Source of the DNA: the human T2T-CHM13v2.0 reference genome, Homo sapiens
Length of the DNA: 64,000 nucleotides
Assembly (NCBI RefSeq): GCF_009914755.1
Contig: NC_060937.1
Reading direction: 5' to 3' (one strand)
The translations under genes and the position numbers were made by a program. Under the pieces are notes generated by a model that was not told the origin of the DNA, searched no databases, and worked only from the letters and a program-made list of their open reading frames with translations. Of this stretch, positions 38,035 through 58,689 are shown one piece after another; positions within the stretch are counted from its first letter, which is position 1; each line of letters starts with the position of its first letter.

Positions 38035-38584
38035 TGTCAGATACAGTAAGTTCCTTTTCAAAGGTTTAATTTCTGACCTCCTTTGTTCTTTGTTCTCGAG
38101 ATCAACTTCCTTGTCCCTTCTCCTAAGCTACTTGCTCTGTAACAACTTCTGCCGGTCCCAATCTGTAACTCACATCTCTTCCTTGTTTGGGAAGAGTCCT
38201 CTTTTACTTCTGGCTACCCATTCTGTAAACTGCCCCTCCCGCCGAAACTACCCTTCCCGCCTTTGCCGTGCCCTGACATGCCCAAACATGTCTTGTACTG
38301 TAATGGACAGCCTCTCCCTTCCCACCTAATTAGCCATATTCAATTTTAAACAGTAGCCAATTGGGTCAGTTTAGATAGTACACTCCTACTCCAGCCTATG
38401 GGGATAGGACACAGAAGCAGGGACTAACCACGTTAGGGATGAAACCCCCTTCCCTCCTTTGTTTGGTGTGTTCTCCCAGTGGCCAGAAGTGTGAGTGGCA
38501 CCCTTCTGCAGAAGTAAATTTGTCTTGCTGAGAAATCCTTTGAGTGCTCGTTTTCCTTGTGACTCTGAGCTCTTGTTTCTAACA
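38035..38584 (+). mobile_element. LTR10-like (HERV-I) solo LTR
   Basis: TG...CA ends (tgtcagatacagtaagttcc...ttctaaca), TSD tccc, AGTAAA polyA-like signal. Confidence 0.75.
38274..38293. promoter_or_regulatory. Putative p53 response element TGACATGCCC-AAACATGTCT
   Basis: 19/20 match to two RRRCWWGYYY half-sites with no spacer; lies inside the LTR10-like element. Confidence 0.7.
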
Positions 38585-39176
38585 TCCCCCATCACAGACA
38601 TGCTAGCCCCTAGATAAGCCCCCTCCAGCCAGGAAGATGCCAGCCTTGAGATAACCTCCCCTCCTACCAGAGAGCTTCCAACCCTGCCATAAACTTCTCC
38701 GCACACATAAACATTCCAAGCTTGTGATAAGCCCCCTCACCCTAAAACCAATATATACTCTTAACCTATAAGAGAAAGTGCTCCTGACTGCTATCGGCCA
38801 GGGGTGCCTCTCAGGTTTTAACTAAAGAAAACCTGTCTTTGACTGCCAAGCCACATTTTGTGTTTCTTTCCTCTTTCTTTAACTCTTACAATTATCTCCT
38901 GGATCTGGGAAGGAAGGAAGGAAGGAAAACAAACAAGGGAAGGGGATTCTCTATAGAATGTGGATTTTTCCCACAAGAGATTTAGCAGGGCAATTTCAAG
39001 GTATGGCAAGGAAATATATTTTGAGGTTAAATCTTTTTCCCTTGTCTCATAATGTTATGCCAGAGTGAGACTGAATTGTAAGTCACAATATATAGGGTCA
39101 AATATAACCCATCTGATTAGAATTTATGGTTTATATGGCATGACTCCCTAGACCCCTTAGATAGGAATTTGGGTAA

Positions 39177-39526
<350 letters not shown>

Positions 39527-39975
39527 AGTCACTTTGGTTAAATAGGTAGCTAAGCATTGTTTCACACCAACCTAACATCCTATTTAGTCAAATGTTCAAA
39601 CCTCTTGATATTTTTGACAATTTTGCCTTCCCCAAATCAAATCCTAAACAAAACCTTGATCTACAATTGACCTTGAGTTTTCCCATAAGGCCCTTGGAAA
39701 ATCCTCCCAAATTTGTTCTTTCACCTTGTAAATAGAGTGGTGTTAAAAATTATTAAGTTTATTCGATTTGTTGAACTGAATAAAAAGCGTATCAAATAAA
39801 AAAAGATACCTAACCTTTGCTAGGTTACATTCAAATGGGTAAATATTATTAATATAAATATTTTAGAAATTATAAGAAGTTCCTAGAAAATGTGTCAATA
39901 CCTGCATTGTCCATGACATGTCCTGGTGTAATATTTTTAGTCATAATTCTAGTTACCGTTTTAAAATGTTACACA

Positions 39976-40436
39976 TATAAGAGGAAAAGATCTTGGGCCC
40001 CCAAAATCGCTCAGGAAAACTCAAGCTGGGAACTGCTTAGGGCCAACCTGCCTCCCATTCTATTCAAAGTCACTCCTCTGCTCTCTGAGATAGATGCATA
40101 TCTGATTTGCCTCCTTTGGAAAGACTAATCAGAAACTCAAAGGAATGCAACCACTTGTGTATCACCTATCTGTGACCTGGAAGCTCCCTCCCCACTTCCA
40201 GTCTTCATGCCTTTGCTTCAAGTTGTCCCACCTTTCCAGACCAAACCACTGTATTTCTTACATATATTGATGGATGTCTCATGTCTCCCTTAATGTAGAA
40301 AACCAACCTCTGCCGTGACCACCTTGGGCACATGTCATCAGGACTTCCTGAGGCTATGTCATGGACGGATCCTCAACCTTGGCAAAATAAACTTTCTAAA
40401 TTAACTGAGACCTGTCTCAAATTTTGGAGGTTCACA
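39976..40436 (+). mobile_element. MER4A-like solo LTR
   Basis: gatcttgggcccccaaaatc...aaaataaactttctaaattaactgagacctgtctc...ggttcaca. Confidence 0.8.
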
Positions 40437-40768
40437 CATGCCACAGAAATAACAAAATTTCCTTGTCAAATAAACTTTCATTAGCTCTTTAACCGTCTTA
40501 AGGCTTTTGCACCACTTTTGTTTTACTTTCTACTGTGATGCTTTTCCAGAAGCATCTGCAATCACAGGCCGAAGTGCTTGTCCTCACCAAAAAGGGACTG
40601 TCTCAGAGATCCATGGAAAGAACTAAGCCAGGTAATCTGGGAACAGACTCCTGATGGCATTCCTTATTAACTTTGAGGCCACACTACTAGACTAAGAGTT
40701 TCCAGAGGCCAGGCACAGTGGCTCACGCCTCTAATCCAGCACTTTGGGAGGCCAAGTCAGGCAGATCA

Positions 40769-41047
<279 letters not shown>

Positions 41048-41702
41048 CTAACCTTAGATCAAGCAGAACAACAATTAATTACACGGGACTGAATGAACTA
41101 ATAAATGATGACAATGGTTTTTGTTTGGAATATTGCTGTTGGATTTAAGAAATTCCTTTTCTGTTAAGCTATCTATAACAGTTAAACTACCTATAATTCA
41201 CAATCTATACCATGCAATTTAGTGATTATGCCTTTGTAAACAGAAATAAAGCATTTACCTTTGCCTTCCCACCTAATCCCTCCAGAATTCAGAAACTCAT
41301 CTTCATAGTTATATATTTATTTGCATAAGTTCAATAGGAATCTGTTCCCCTTGTAACAAGGCATAATTGGAAACTTTGGTCATATGACAAAGGCTTTGAC
41401 TGGAATGTCATATTTGAGAATGATATGCACAGAATCAGATATGAGCAGACAGTTTTAAGGAATGAAGGTTGACTTTATGGAGAGAATGCTTACAAAGCCC
41501 TCTCGGGAAATCTGCCTGGTACCTTGCTTATGGAGTTCCCAGCCTTCCAGAAGAGTAAAGAAGGTCATTTTCTGGCAGGCCCAGGAACCTTAGGACCCAG
41601 AAAAGAGGAATTCACCCAAATATATAGGTATTGCAGATAAAGTCTGAGAGCAAGTTCTTAGCATGGCTTCCTAACCTGCAGATGCTTTCAAAAGTTTAAT
41701 CA

Positions 41703-43055
<1,353 letters not shown>

Positions 43056-45344
43056 GGATGCAAGGCTGGTTCAACATACGCAAATCAATAAACGTAATCC
43101 ATCACATAAAAAGAACCAATGACAAAAACCACGTGATTATCTCAATAGATGCAGAAAAGGCCTTTGATAAAATTCAACACTCCTTCATGCTAAACACTCT
43201 CAATAAACTAGGTATTCATGGAATGTATCTCAAAATAATAACAGCTATTTACGACACACCCACAGCCAATATCATACTGAATGGGCAAAAGCTGGAAGCA
43301 TTCCCTTTGAAAACCGGCACAAGACAAGGATGCTCTCTCTCACCACTCCTATTCAAAATAGTATTGGAAGTTCTGGCCAGGGCAATCAGGCAAGAGAAAG
43401 AAATAAAGGGTATTCAAATAGGAAGATAGGAAGTCAAACTGTCACTATTTGCAGATGACATGATTGCATATTTAGAAAACCCCATCATCTCAGCCCAAAA
43501 TCTCCTTAAGCTGAGAAGCAACTTCAGCAGTCTCAGGACACAAAATCAACATGAAAAAATCGCAAGCATTTCTATACACCAATAATAGCCAAATCATGAG
43601 CGAACTTTCATTCACAATCGCTACAAAAAGAATAAAATACCTAAGAATACACCTTACACGGGATGTGAAGGACCTTTTCAAGGAGGACTACAAACCACTG
43701 CTCAAGGAAATATGAGAGGACACAAACAAATGAAAAAACATTCCACGCTCATGGATAGGAAGAATCAATATCGTGAAAATGGCCATACTGCCCAAAGTAA
43801 TTTATAGATTCAATGCTGTCTCCATCAAGCTACCATTGATTTTCTTCAAATAATTAGAAAAAACTACTTTAAATTTCATATGGAACCAAAAAAGAGCCCG
43901 TATAAGCCAAGATAATCTTAAGCAAAAATAACAAAGCTGGAGGCATCACATTACCAGACTTCAAACTATACTACAAGTCTACAGTAGCCAAAACAGCATG
44001 GTACTGGTACCAAAACAGATATATAAACCAGTGGAACAGAAAAGAGTCCTCAGAAATAATGCCACACATCTACAACCATCTGAACTTTGACAAATCTGAC
44101 AAAAACAAGCAATGGGGAAAAGATTCCCTACTTAATAAATGGTATTGGGAAAACTGGCTAGCCATTTGCAGAAAACTGAAACTGGACTCCTTACACCTTA
44201 TACAAACATTAACTCAAGATGGATTAAAGACTTAAATGTAAGCCCTAAAACCATAAAAATCCTAGAATACCTAGGCAATACCATTCAGGACATAGGCATG
44301 GGCAAAGACTTCATGACTGAAACACCAAAAGCAATGGCAATCGAAGCCAAAATTGACAAATGGGGTCTAATTAAACTAAAGAACTTCTGCACAGCAAAAG
44401 AAACTATCATCAGAGTGAACAGAATGGGAGAAAATTTTTGCAATCTATCCATCTGACAAAGGGCTAATATCCAGAATCTACAAGGAACTTAAACAAATCT
44501 ACAAGGAAAAAAAAAACCCCATTAAAAAGTGGACAAAGGATATGAACAGACACTTCTCAAAAGAAGATATTTATGTGGCCAACAAACATTTGAAAAAAAG
44601 CTCATCACTAGCCATTAGAGAAATGCAAATCAAAACCAAAATGAGATACTGTCTCATGCCAGTTAGAATGGTGATCATTAAAAAGTCAGGAAACAACAGA
44701 TGCTGGAGAGGATGTGGAGAAATAGGAAAGCTTTTACACTGTTGGTGGGAGTGTAAATTAGTTCAACCATTGTGGAAGACAGTGTGGCGATTCCTCACTG
44801 TCCAGAAATACCATTTGACCCAGCAATCCCGTTACTGGGTATATACCCAAAGGATTATAAATCATTCTACTCTAAAGACACATGCACACGTATGTTTATT
44901 GCAGCTCTGTTCACAATAGCAAAGATTGGAACCAATCCAAATGCCCATCATTGATAGACTGGATAAAGGAAATATGGCACATACACACAATGGAATACTA
45001 TGCAGCCATAAAAAGGATGAGTTCCTGTCCTTTGCAGGGACATGGATGAAGCTGGAAACCATCATTCTCAGCAAACTAACACAGGAACAGAAAACCAAAC
45101 ACCACATGTTCTCACTCGTAAGTGGGAGTTGAACGATGAAAACACATGGACACGGTGGGGGGAAACACCACACACCAGGGCCTGTCGGGGGGTGGGGATT
45201 AGGGGAGGGATAGCATTGGGAGAAATACCTAATGTAGATGACAGATTGATGGGTGCAGCAAACCACCATGGTACATGTATACTTATGTAACAAACCCACA
45301 CGTTCTGCACATGTATCCCAAAACTTAAAGTATAATAAAAAAAA
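43056..45344 (+). mobile_element. L1PA (about L1PA7-like) RT region, 3' UTR and polyA; disrupted ORF2
   Basis: [17 protein letters not shown]...[12 protein letters not shown]...GTRQGC.LSPLLF and LFADDM, with multiple stops and frameshifts; L1PA 3' UTR. Confidence 0.93.
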
Positions 45345-45952
45345 GTTCTAATATTAAGTATTATTTCTCCTAATATCAACTAAATAACTGCCAATTCCAC
45401 ATAAAACACTTCTCTTACCATGAATTCGTATCATGAATTTTAGTATTTTCAAATCACAATAAATTTACAAAAAGGGAGAATTTTATTATAGGTAAATTGT
45501 ATCCTATTAAACCTGACTTTAAAAAATTAATGGGCAAAAAAACCCCTCACGTCATCAATTATTATTTTTTGCATTTATGTAAATAATCAGGCCAAATCTA
45601 ATGAAACCAGACATTTTGTCAATGAAAACAATCTTACTTTGGTTATCTTGAATCAAAAAGGGGACATCATTGTAGAGAGATATTTTATGCTTCAATCTAC
45701 AGCACACCCTTGTAGGTTATCAGTTTCTAGATGTGTTCACTGTCTTTGAGCTATTTTTCACCTCTTTGCAAATTAAAGTCAGCCATTTGGCACAGTGTAT
45801 CTTCCACACTCTGCTCCAGGAAATAACCATGACCGTGACACTGATGTCTATGCCATCACCAAGGACATTCAAACTGAAAGCCAGGACAGCCACTAGAGGG
45901 CCACTGCCATCCTCATTCTGCCACCCGAAGATACTGTAAGCCCAACATCTAG

Positions 45953-46306
<354 letters not shown>

Positions 46307-47491
46307 TGTTTTTCTTTTTGTTTTTCATAAATGTCTGACTTATTGAAGCATCCAGCAAATATCCTCTATCACCAAGTCTCAACAGATGGTTCAGCTGGTC
46401 CTTAATGAACAAAAAAGACAACCAACAAGAAATGGACTTAGATGGTTCAGACAGAAGAATGTCTGTTCTTTCATGAACAACAGGGGGAACTAAAATAGAC
46501 TTTCTCTTTAACCAAACATTAGACAGGCTCCCCCACGCCCTCTTTTTGACACGGCATTGTCTTCGGGTCCTGCCTTTGACCTGCCTAGCCCAGCTGGTGC
46601 ATGCATCCCGCCAAGTCAGTTCAGACAGAATCCCCTGACTCCGGCTATCTGATCACCTCCACATCCCATCGGATTCCTCAACCCCACCTTGATAGCCGAT
46701 CATTGTTTCAAGTCAGTTCAGCAAGAGTCCCTGACTTTTGACATTCCCCCTTAGTAATTTTCCATGCAGTGACCCCTCACACTGCACATTGGCTGTGAAT
46801 CCTCAGCTGTCTGTGCTGTATTAGGAGTTGAGTCCCTATCCCTCTCCCCTGTTGCAATCGTCTTGATGCCTATCAAAGTAGTCCTGAGTAAAGTCTTCTT
46901 TACTATTTTAATAGGTGTCAGAATATGATTTTGAGCAAGTCATGTGACTTCAGTTGTCACATTCATCAAATGAAGCCCCCGCCCCCCAACATAAGAGAGG
47001 ATTCCTAGACATTTCCACTCGTCTGAATTAAGCCCAAGTATGCCCTGCTCTTACGCACACTGTAACTAGAGCTGTTTCCTCAGGACCCTTGGGGCAGTTT
47101 CCCCAAATCTGGCCCACCTCTGGAATCTGCCTTTTGCACTAACATATTCTGAGGCTCCAACATCTTCCTGAAAGCAATGGAGAAGGAGCCAGTCCCAAAG
47201 CAGCTTTCAACAAATGAGATTCGTTATGTTGCAACGTTTAGCTTGAAACTTCAGATGAATATATTTAATACTATATCTGCTTTCATTTCATTGTGTACAT
47301 CACGTTCTACATGCCTTATTAGATAGATAATTTAACTGCTTTTCCCACAATATTTCCATAAAGCCAGGGCCTGAGAAGGCCCTGTGTGTTAATGCTGTGA
47401 CTCTGAGCATGCCCCCACCACCCTCACACACAACTATGGACACCAGAGCTCCAGAAGCCTAGAGTGGATCCTCTTTAACAATTTTCTTTTT

Positions 47492-48449
<958 letters not shown>

Positions 48450-50038
48450 GTTTTATATAAACCAGCCTGGTTTGATAAAAGTGTATTTTTTTAAAAAAGA
48501 CTGATGTTTTGACTCTCAAAACATCTACTCTGTGTGTTCATAAATGTGGCTATATCTAGTCACTAACATTTTAGCTTTAAGTAATTTGGTACGTAAAGCC
48601 TATATAATGTAAATCTCTGCAAAAATACACGCAAAGTTAATTCATATTTTTTCTAGCTATGAATGGAATTTATTGCATTTTGAATACAAAGACAGCATAA
48701 CCTGCTGGTTTTAGATGCATCAAATCAATCCTAATTATTAAACATTTATAGTTAGTGTCAGCGTCAATGATTCTACATAGTCACTGCTCTTTAAAATGGA
48801 TGTATAGACGAAATTACCAATACAAAGAAGTCAGCTGGAAAGTTAAAGGAAAATGGGTTCACCTTTGATTTGAAAAAAAGTCTGGTTCCAAAACTAGGAG
48901 GGAATGCATTAATATGGAAGCATTTTAGAAGGTTTAAAAAAATGTACAGAAATACTGCAAGATAACATGTATGATGATAGGTAAGTAGACTTCTCTCATG
49001 TTTAAATAATTTAGCATCAGTAATGGTGTGGAAATTAATCTCACATGACTTCTCATAATACTAGAAATATGGAAAACAATGAAATATTTCAATCATTTAA
49101 TAAAAATCAAACCCATAAAGTCGTCTCAATACTCTTGTCCATTCACACACTTAAATAACAACCAGTCACAAAATGAATCCTGAAACTAAGAGGCAACACT
49201 ACTGAAAAAGTATCACTTAGTTCCACTGTCTAATGGGTAACAATTTTCAAAAGGTAAAGAGCAATACAGTGAGTTCTTTTCAATGTTTTGCTTTGGAAAG
49301 CCAAATATCAAGACGTTTTATTTGTTGATATCTTTAGGTTACAAGATGTGAAGAATTCCCTGATCTCTATGGCACTAAAATTTCAATTATTGAATGTAAT
49401 ATCGAAATACAGCATTCAGAATTAATGAAAGAGTATTTTGTTATGCTTAAGAAAAAAAGAAGCACATACAGAAATTTAAGGAATAATTATATAAATATAC
49501 ATACTTTTTTTTTGCACAAATCCTCAAGCTTGTAAAATAAGCATATATTCTTATAAGATAGCAACTAAATTTGAGAAAAAGAGCAAGCATTATATTTTGT
49601 CATAATTTATAAAGGGAAAAGTGGAGTTCTCTTTCTCTCTCCCCTCTCCCTCTCTCCTCAGGTTATTCAATACAATTCTAAGTATTTCACAGTTGTTTAT
49701 TTTATATTTTCCAAACAATCATATGGCAGTGAGAGGCACTCATAGATACATTTTATGAAGGAGAAAATGGGCTACATCTAGTTAGCTCTCCATTGCAATA
49801 GCCTCACCAGTATAAACAAAATGCAAAACTATCTGGGCAAAGTCAAAGAAATTATTTTTAACCCTTGGCTTGAAAAATTACATATACAATTTCAGTTAGA
49901 ACTGAGATATGGATGGTTAGTTCACTTTTACCTCTCGAGTGCTTTCATTTGTTTTTGCCTATGTTTCATTTGGGAAAATCCAACAAGTCTTAAAATCCCA
50001 ATGCAAATTATTGTCATTTAAAACATTAACTCATTTAC

Positions 50039-50058
50039 CTGTTCTCCTTGGTCTCCAT
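50039..50058 (-). CDS. SACS: SACS (sacsin) first coding segment, 3' end of exon 2: ATG GAG ACC AAG GAG AAC AG (METKENR, phase 2)
   Basis: Reverse complement reads gtgatcATGGAGACCAAGGAGAACAG|gtaaat. It matches the known sacsin N-terminus and joins exon 3 in frame (AG+G = Arg). Confidence 0.95.
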
Positions 50059-50559
50059 GATCACTTCTCCTGGGATATTTGTTTGTGAAAACCATGAAAG
50101 TACGCTTCTTTCTTCTGTTTAAGTCTTCCCTCTGTGCTTCCTTTAAATGTGTACTCCAAGTTCAGCTCTTCCTGCCAGGTGGAAAAAAAGCCTGTTTTTC
50201 CCTTCAGTGTCCATTCATCATCTGATGTCAGGAAACATTGTCGTGTGTTGCATTTGTATTCCTTAAAGTATGACTCCCCAGTCTGATAATGGTTGCCTGC
50301 TGATCCAGCGACCCATGGAAGTTCTCAGGATAAAACAGTGTGGATTCGCTAAAGGTTTTTGGCTTTCCCCCAGAGCAAAATCAATTTATTTTCATCTGAG
50401 AATTTTCTGTATTTCTTTTTGAAGGTTCTTGGGGAAAACGTCGCAGAAATTCTTGGATTTTGTTTCTCACCCTCATCTCAGCAGATGTAAAATATTCTTT
50501 GGTAGGAGCCTTTCTTCTGGCTCTGGTGACATGGGCATCTTGGCCTCACTTCTGTGATC
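50059..50559 (-). other. SACS: SACS exon 2 5' UTR portion (501 nt)
   Basis: Acceptor tttttcttccag|GATCAC at 50560-50561 after a pyrimidine tract. The 501 nt to the ATG agrees with the remembered c.-501 exon start. Confidence 0.8.
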
Positions 50560-50796
50560 CTGGAAGAAAAATCAAGGAAGGGTAAAGAAAGGGTTAAGGA
50601 AAAGCACTTGAAGTCAATGCACTGAAAATGCAATTCCTCATTGAAGAGGGCCATGGTACTCAGCTCCAGTGACTTTCTAATTATACTCTGCTAGTGGCAC
50701 TACAGCTCTGCCAAAGAGCATGGCATTCGTTTCTGGCCTCACAAGACAGGCAACCAACAAACGCACATGTGCAGCTACAGAAATTAAAAGTACATC

Positions 50797-57620
<6,824 letters not shown>

Positions 57621-57679
57621 CCAGAATATCATTTTTTGATCTAGCATTGCATTTGTGACTATCAAGGTGCCCATGGGTT

Positions 57680-58134
57680 TGTCTCCATGGGCGCCGCCCT
57701 CTTCCTAGGAGAGTAGGTGGGGAGTTTCTGTGCCCCCTCCCCCACCACGGGAAACTTGCCCTCTTGCACACGTGGTGCGGAAGGCGCCATTTTGGCCCAG
57801 TTGGTGCTGAGTAAGATGTTCTCGCTTCTCTGCTCAGGGCATGAAGATCTGGGGCAGGTGCAGGACTTGGGGCCCCAGAGAGTGCCACAATCGACTGCCC
57901 GTGGGAGTGGGCTGGTGCCTGGGAGCAAGAGCGCGGCCGTCCGGCGCCTGTGTGAGCCGACAGGGCAGCTCCGCCAGGGAACCAGGGGCCCGTCCCTCTG
58001 GGGTCATGGGCGGACAGGCACGGGAGCTGAGAGAGGGGACCGGGCCTAGGCCACAGGCCCTCCAAGGAAGCCACAGAGCCAGCTAGTGGCACCCAGGGAC
58101 TGCGGGAAGCTTCGGCAAGGTAAGCTCTGGCAGG
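57680..58134 (+). ncRNA. Promoter/first exon of an antisense transcript (probably lncRNA SACS-AS1)
   Basis: Local CpG enrichment; CACGTG (57769), CGGAAG (57778) and YY1 CGCCATTTT (57785) motifs; plus-strand donors AAG|GTAAGC (58120) and AGG|GTAAGC (58135). The lncRNA identity is from memory of the locus and was not verified. Confidence 0.5.
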
Positions 58135-58689
58135 GTAAGCTCGGGACCAACATGGGTTTTAGTGTCTTTTCCTAGTGGTGGGGAATTTCTACAAGGTGGG
58201 TAGGACGTGTTAAGGGTGGCCTTAGCAATTTGTAGGCCTAGAGGCCGTCTAGGAGAGGCCTGCAGTTCAGAGTCTCAACAGGGCTTGATGGGGCCTGCCA
58301 TTTCATTTCGCAATGTGGTTCCTAATGTTTCTTGGGAAACCGGGCGTGTTATGTCTCCATGTCACCCTTTACTTCTTGGATTTCTTGGTGTGCGTGGTTG
58401 CCTTTTTCTCTTTTCTTATATTGCAATTTCGGGTCCCACATTTTCTTCCATTCGAATCTGTGCGTCTTCTATGCAAAGCCTGTGGTGGGTCTTGCTCTCG
58501 GACTAGTTGAGCAGCATTGCACTCGTGTTGGTTGTGGGAGTTTCATCGTTTCTGTGTGTGTTCAGCATTCTGTTGCGAGTTCCTTATCTTCAGAATGATT
58601 GAGAAATGTAGTTTTCAGTTTTAAAGAATATATATTCTTTGGGGAGGTGATTTTATTGCATTTGGCCAGAGAATATGTGACCATTCGGT

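Larger units (their letters stand above)
37873..38890 (+). mobile_element. MER61-like solo LTR
   Basis: TG...CA ends, starts tgatagagcaggagcatcgccatcttggacaa, TSD attat. The family name is from memory. Confidence 0.7.

Noticed and set aside
50385-50480. uORF peptide KIQEFLRRFPQE resembling sacsin DILRRYPEG
   Set aside because: The similarity is too short to distinguish from chance.
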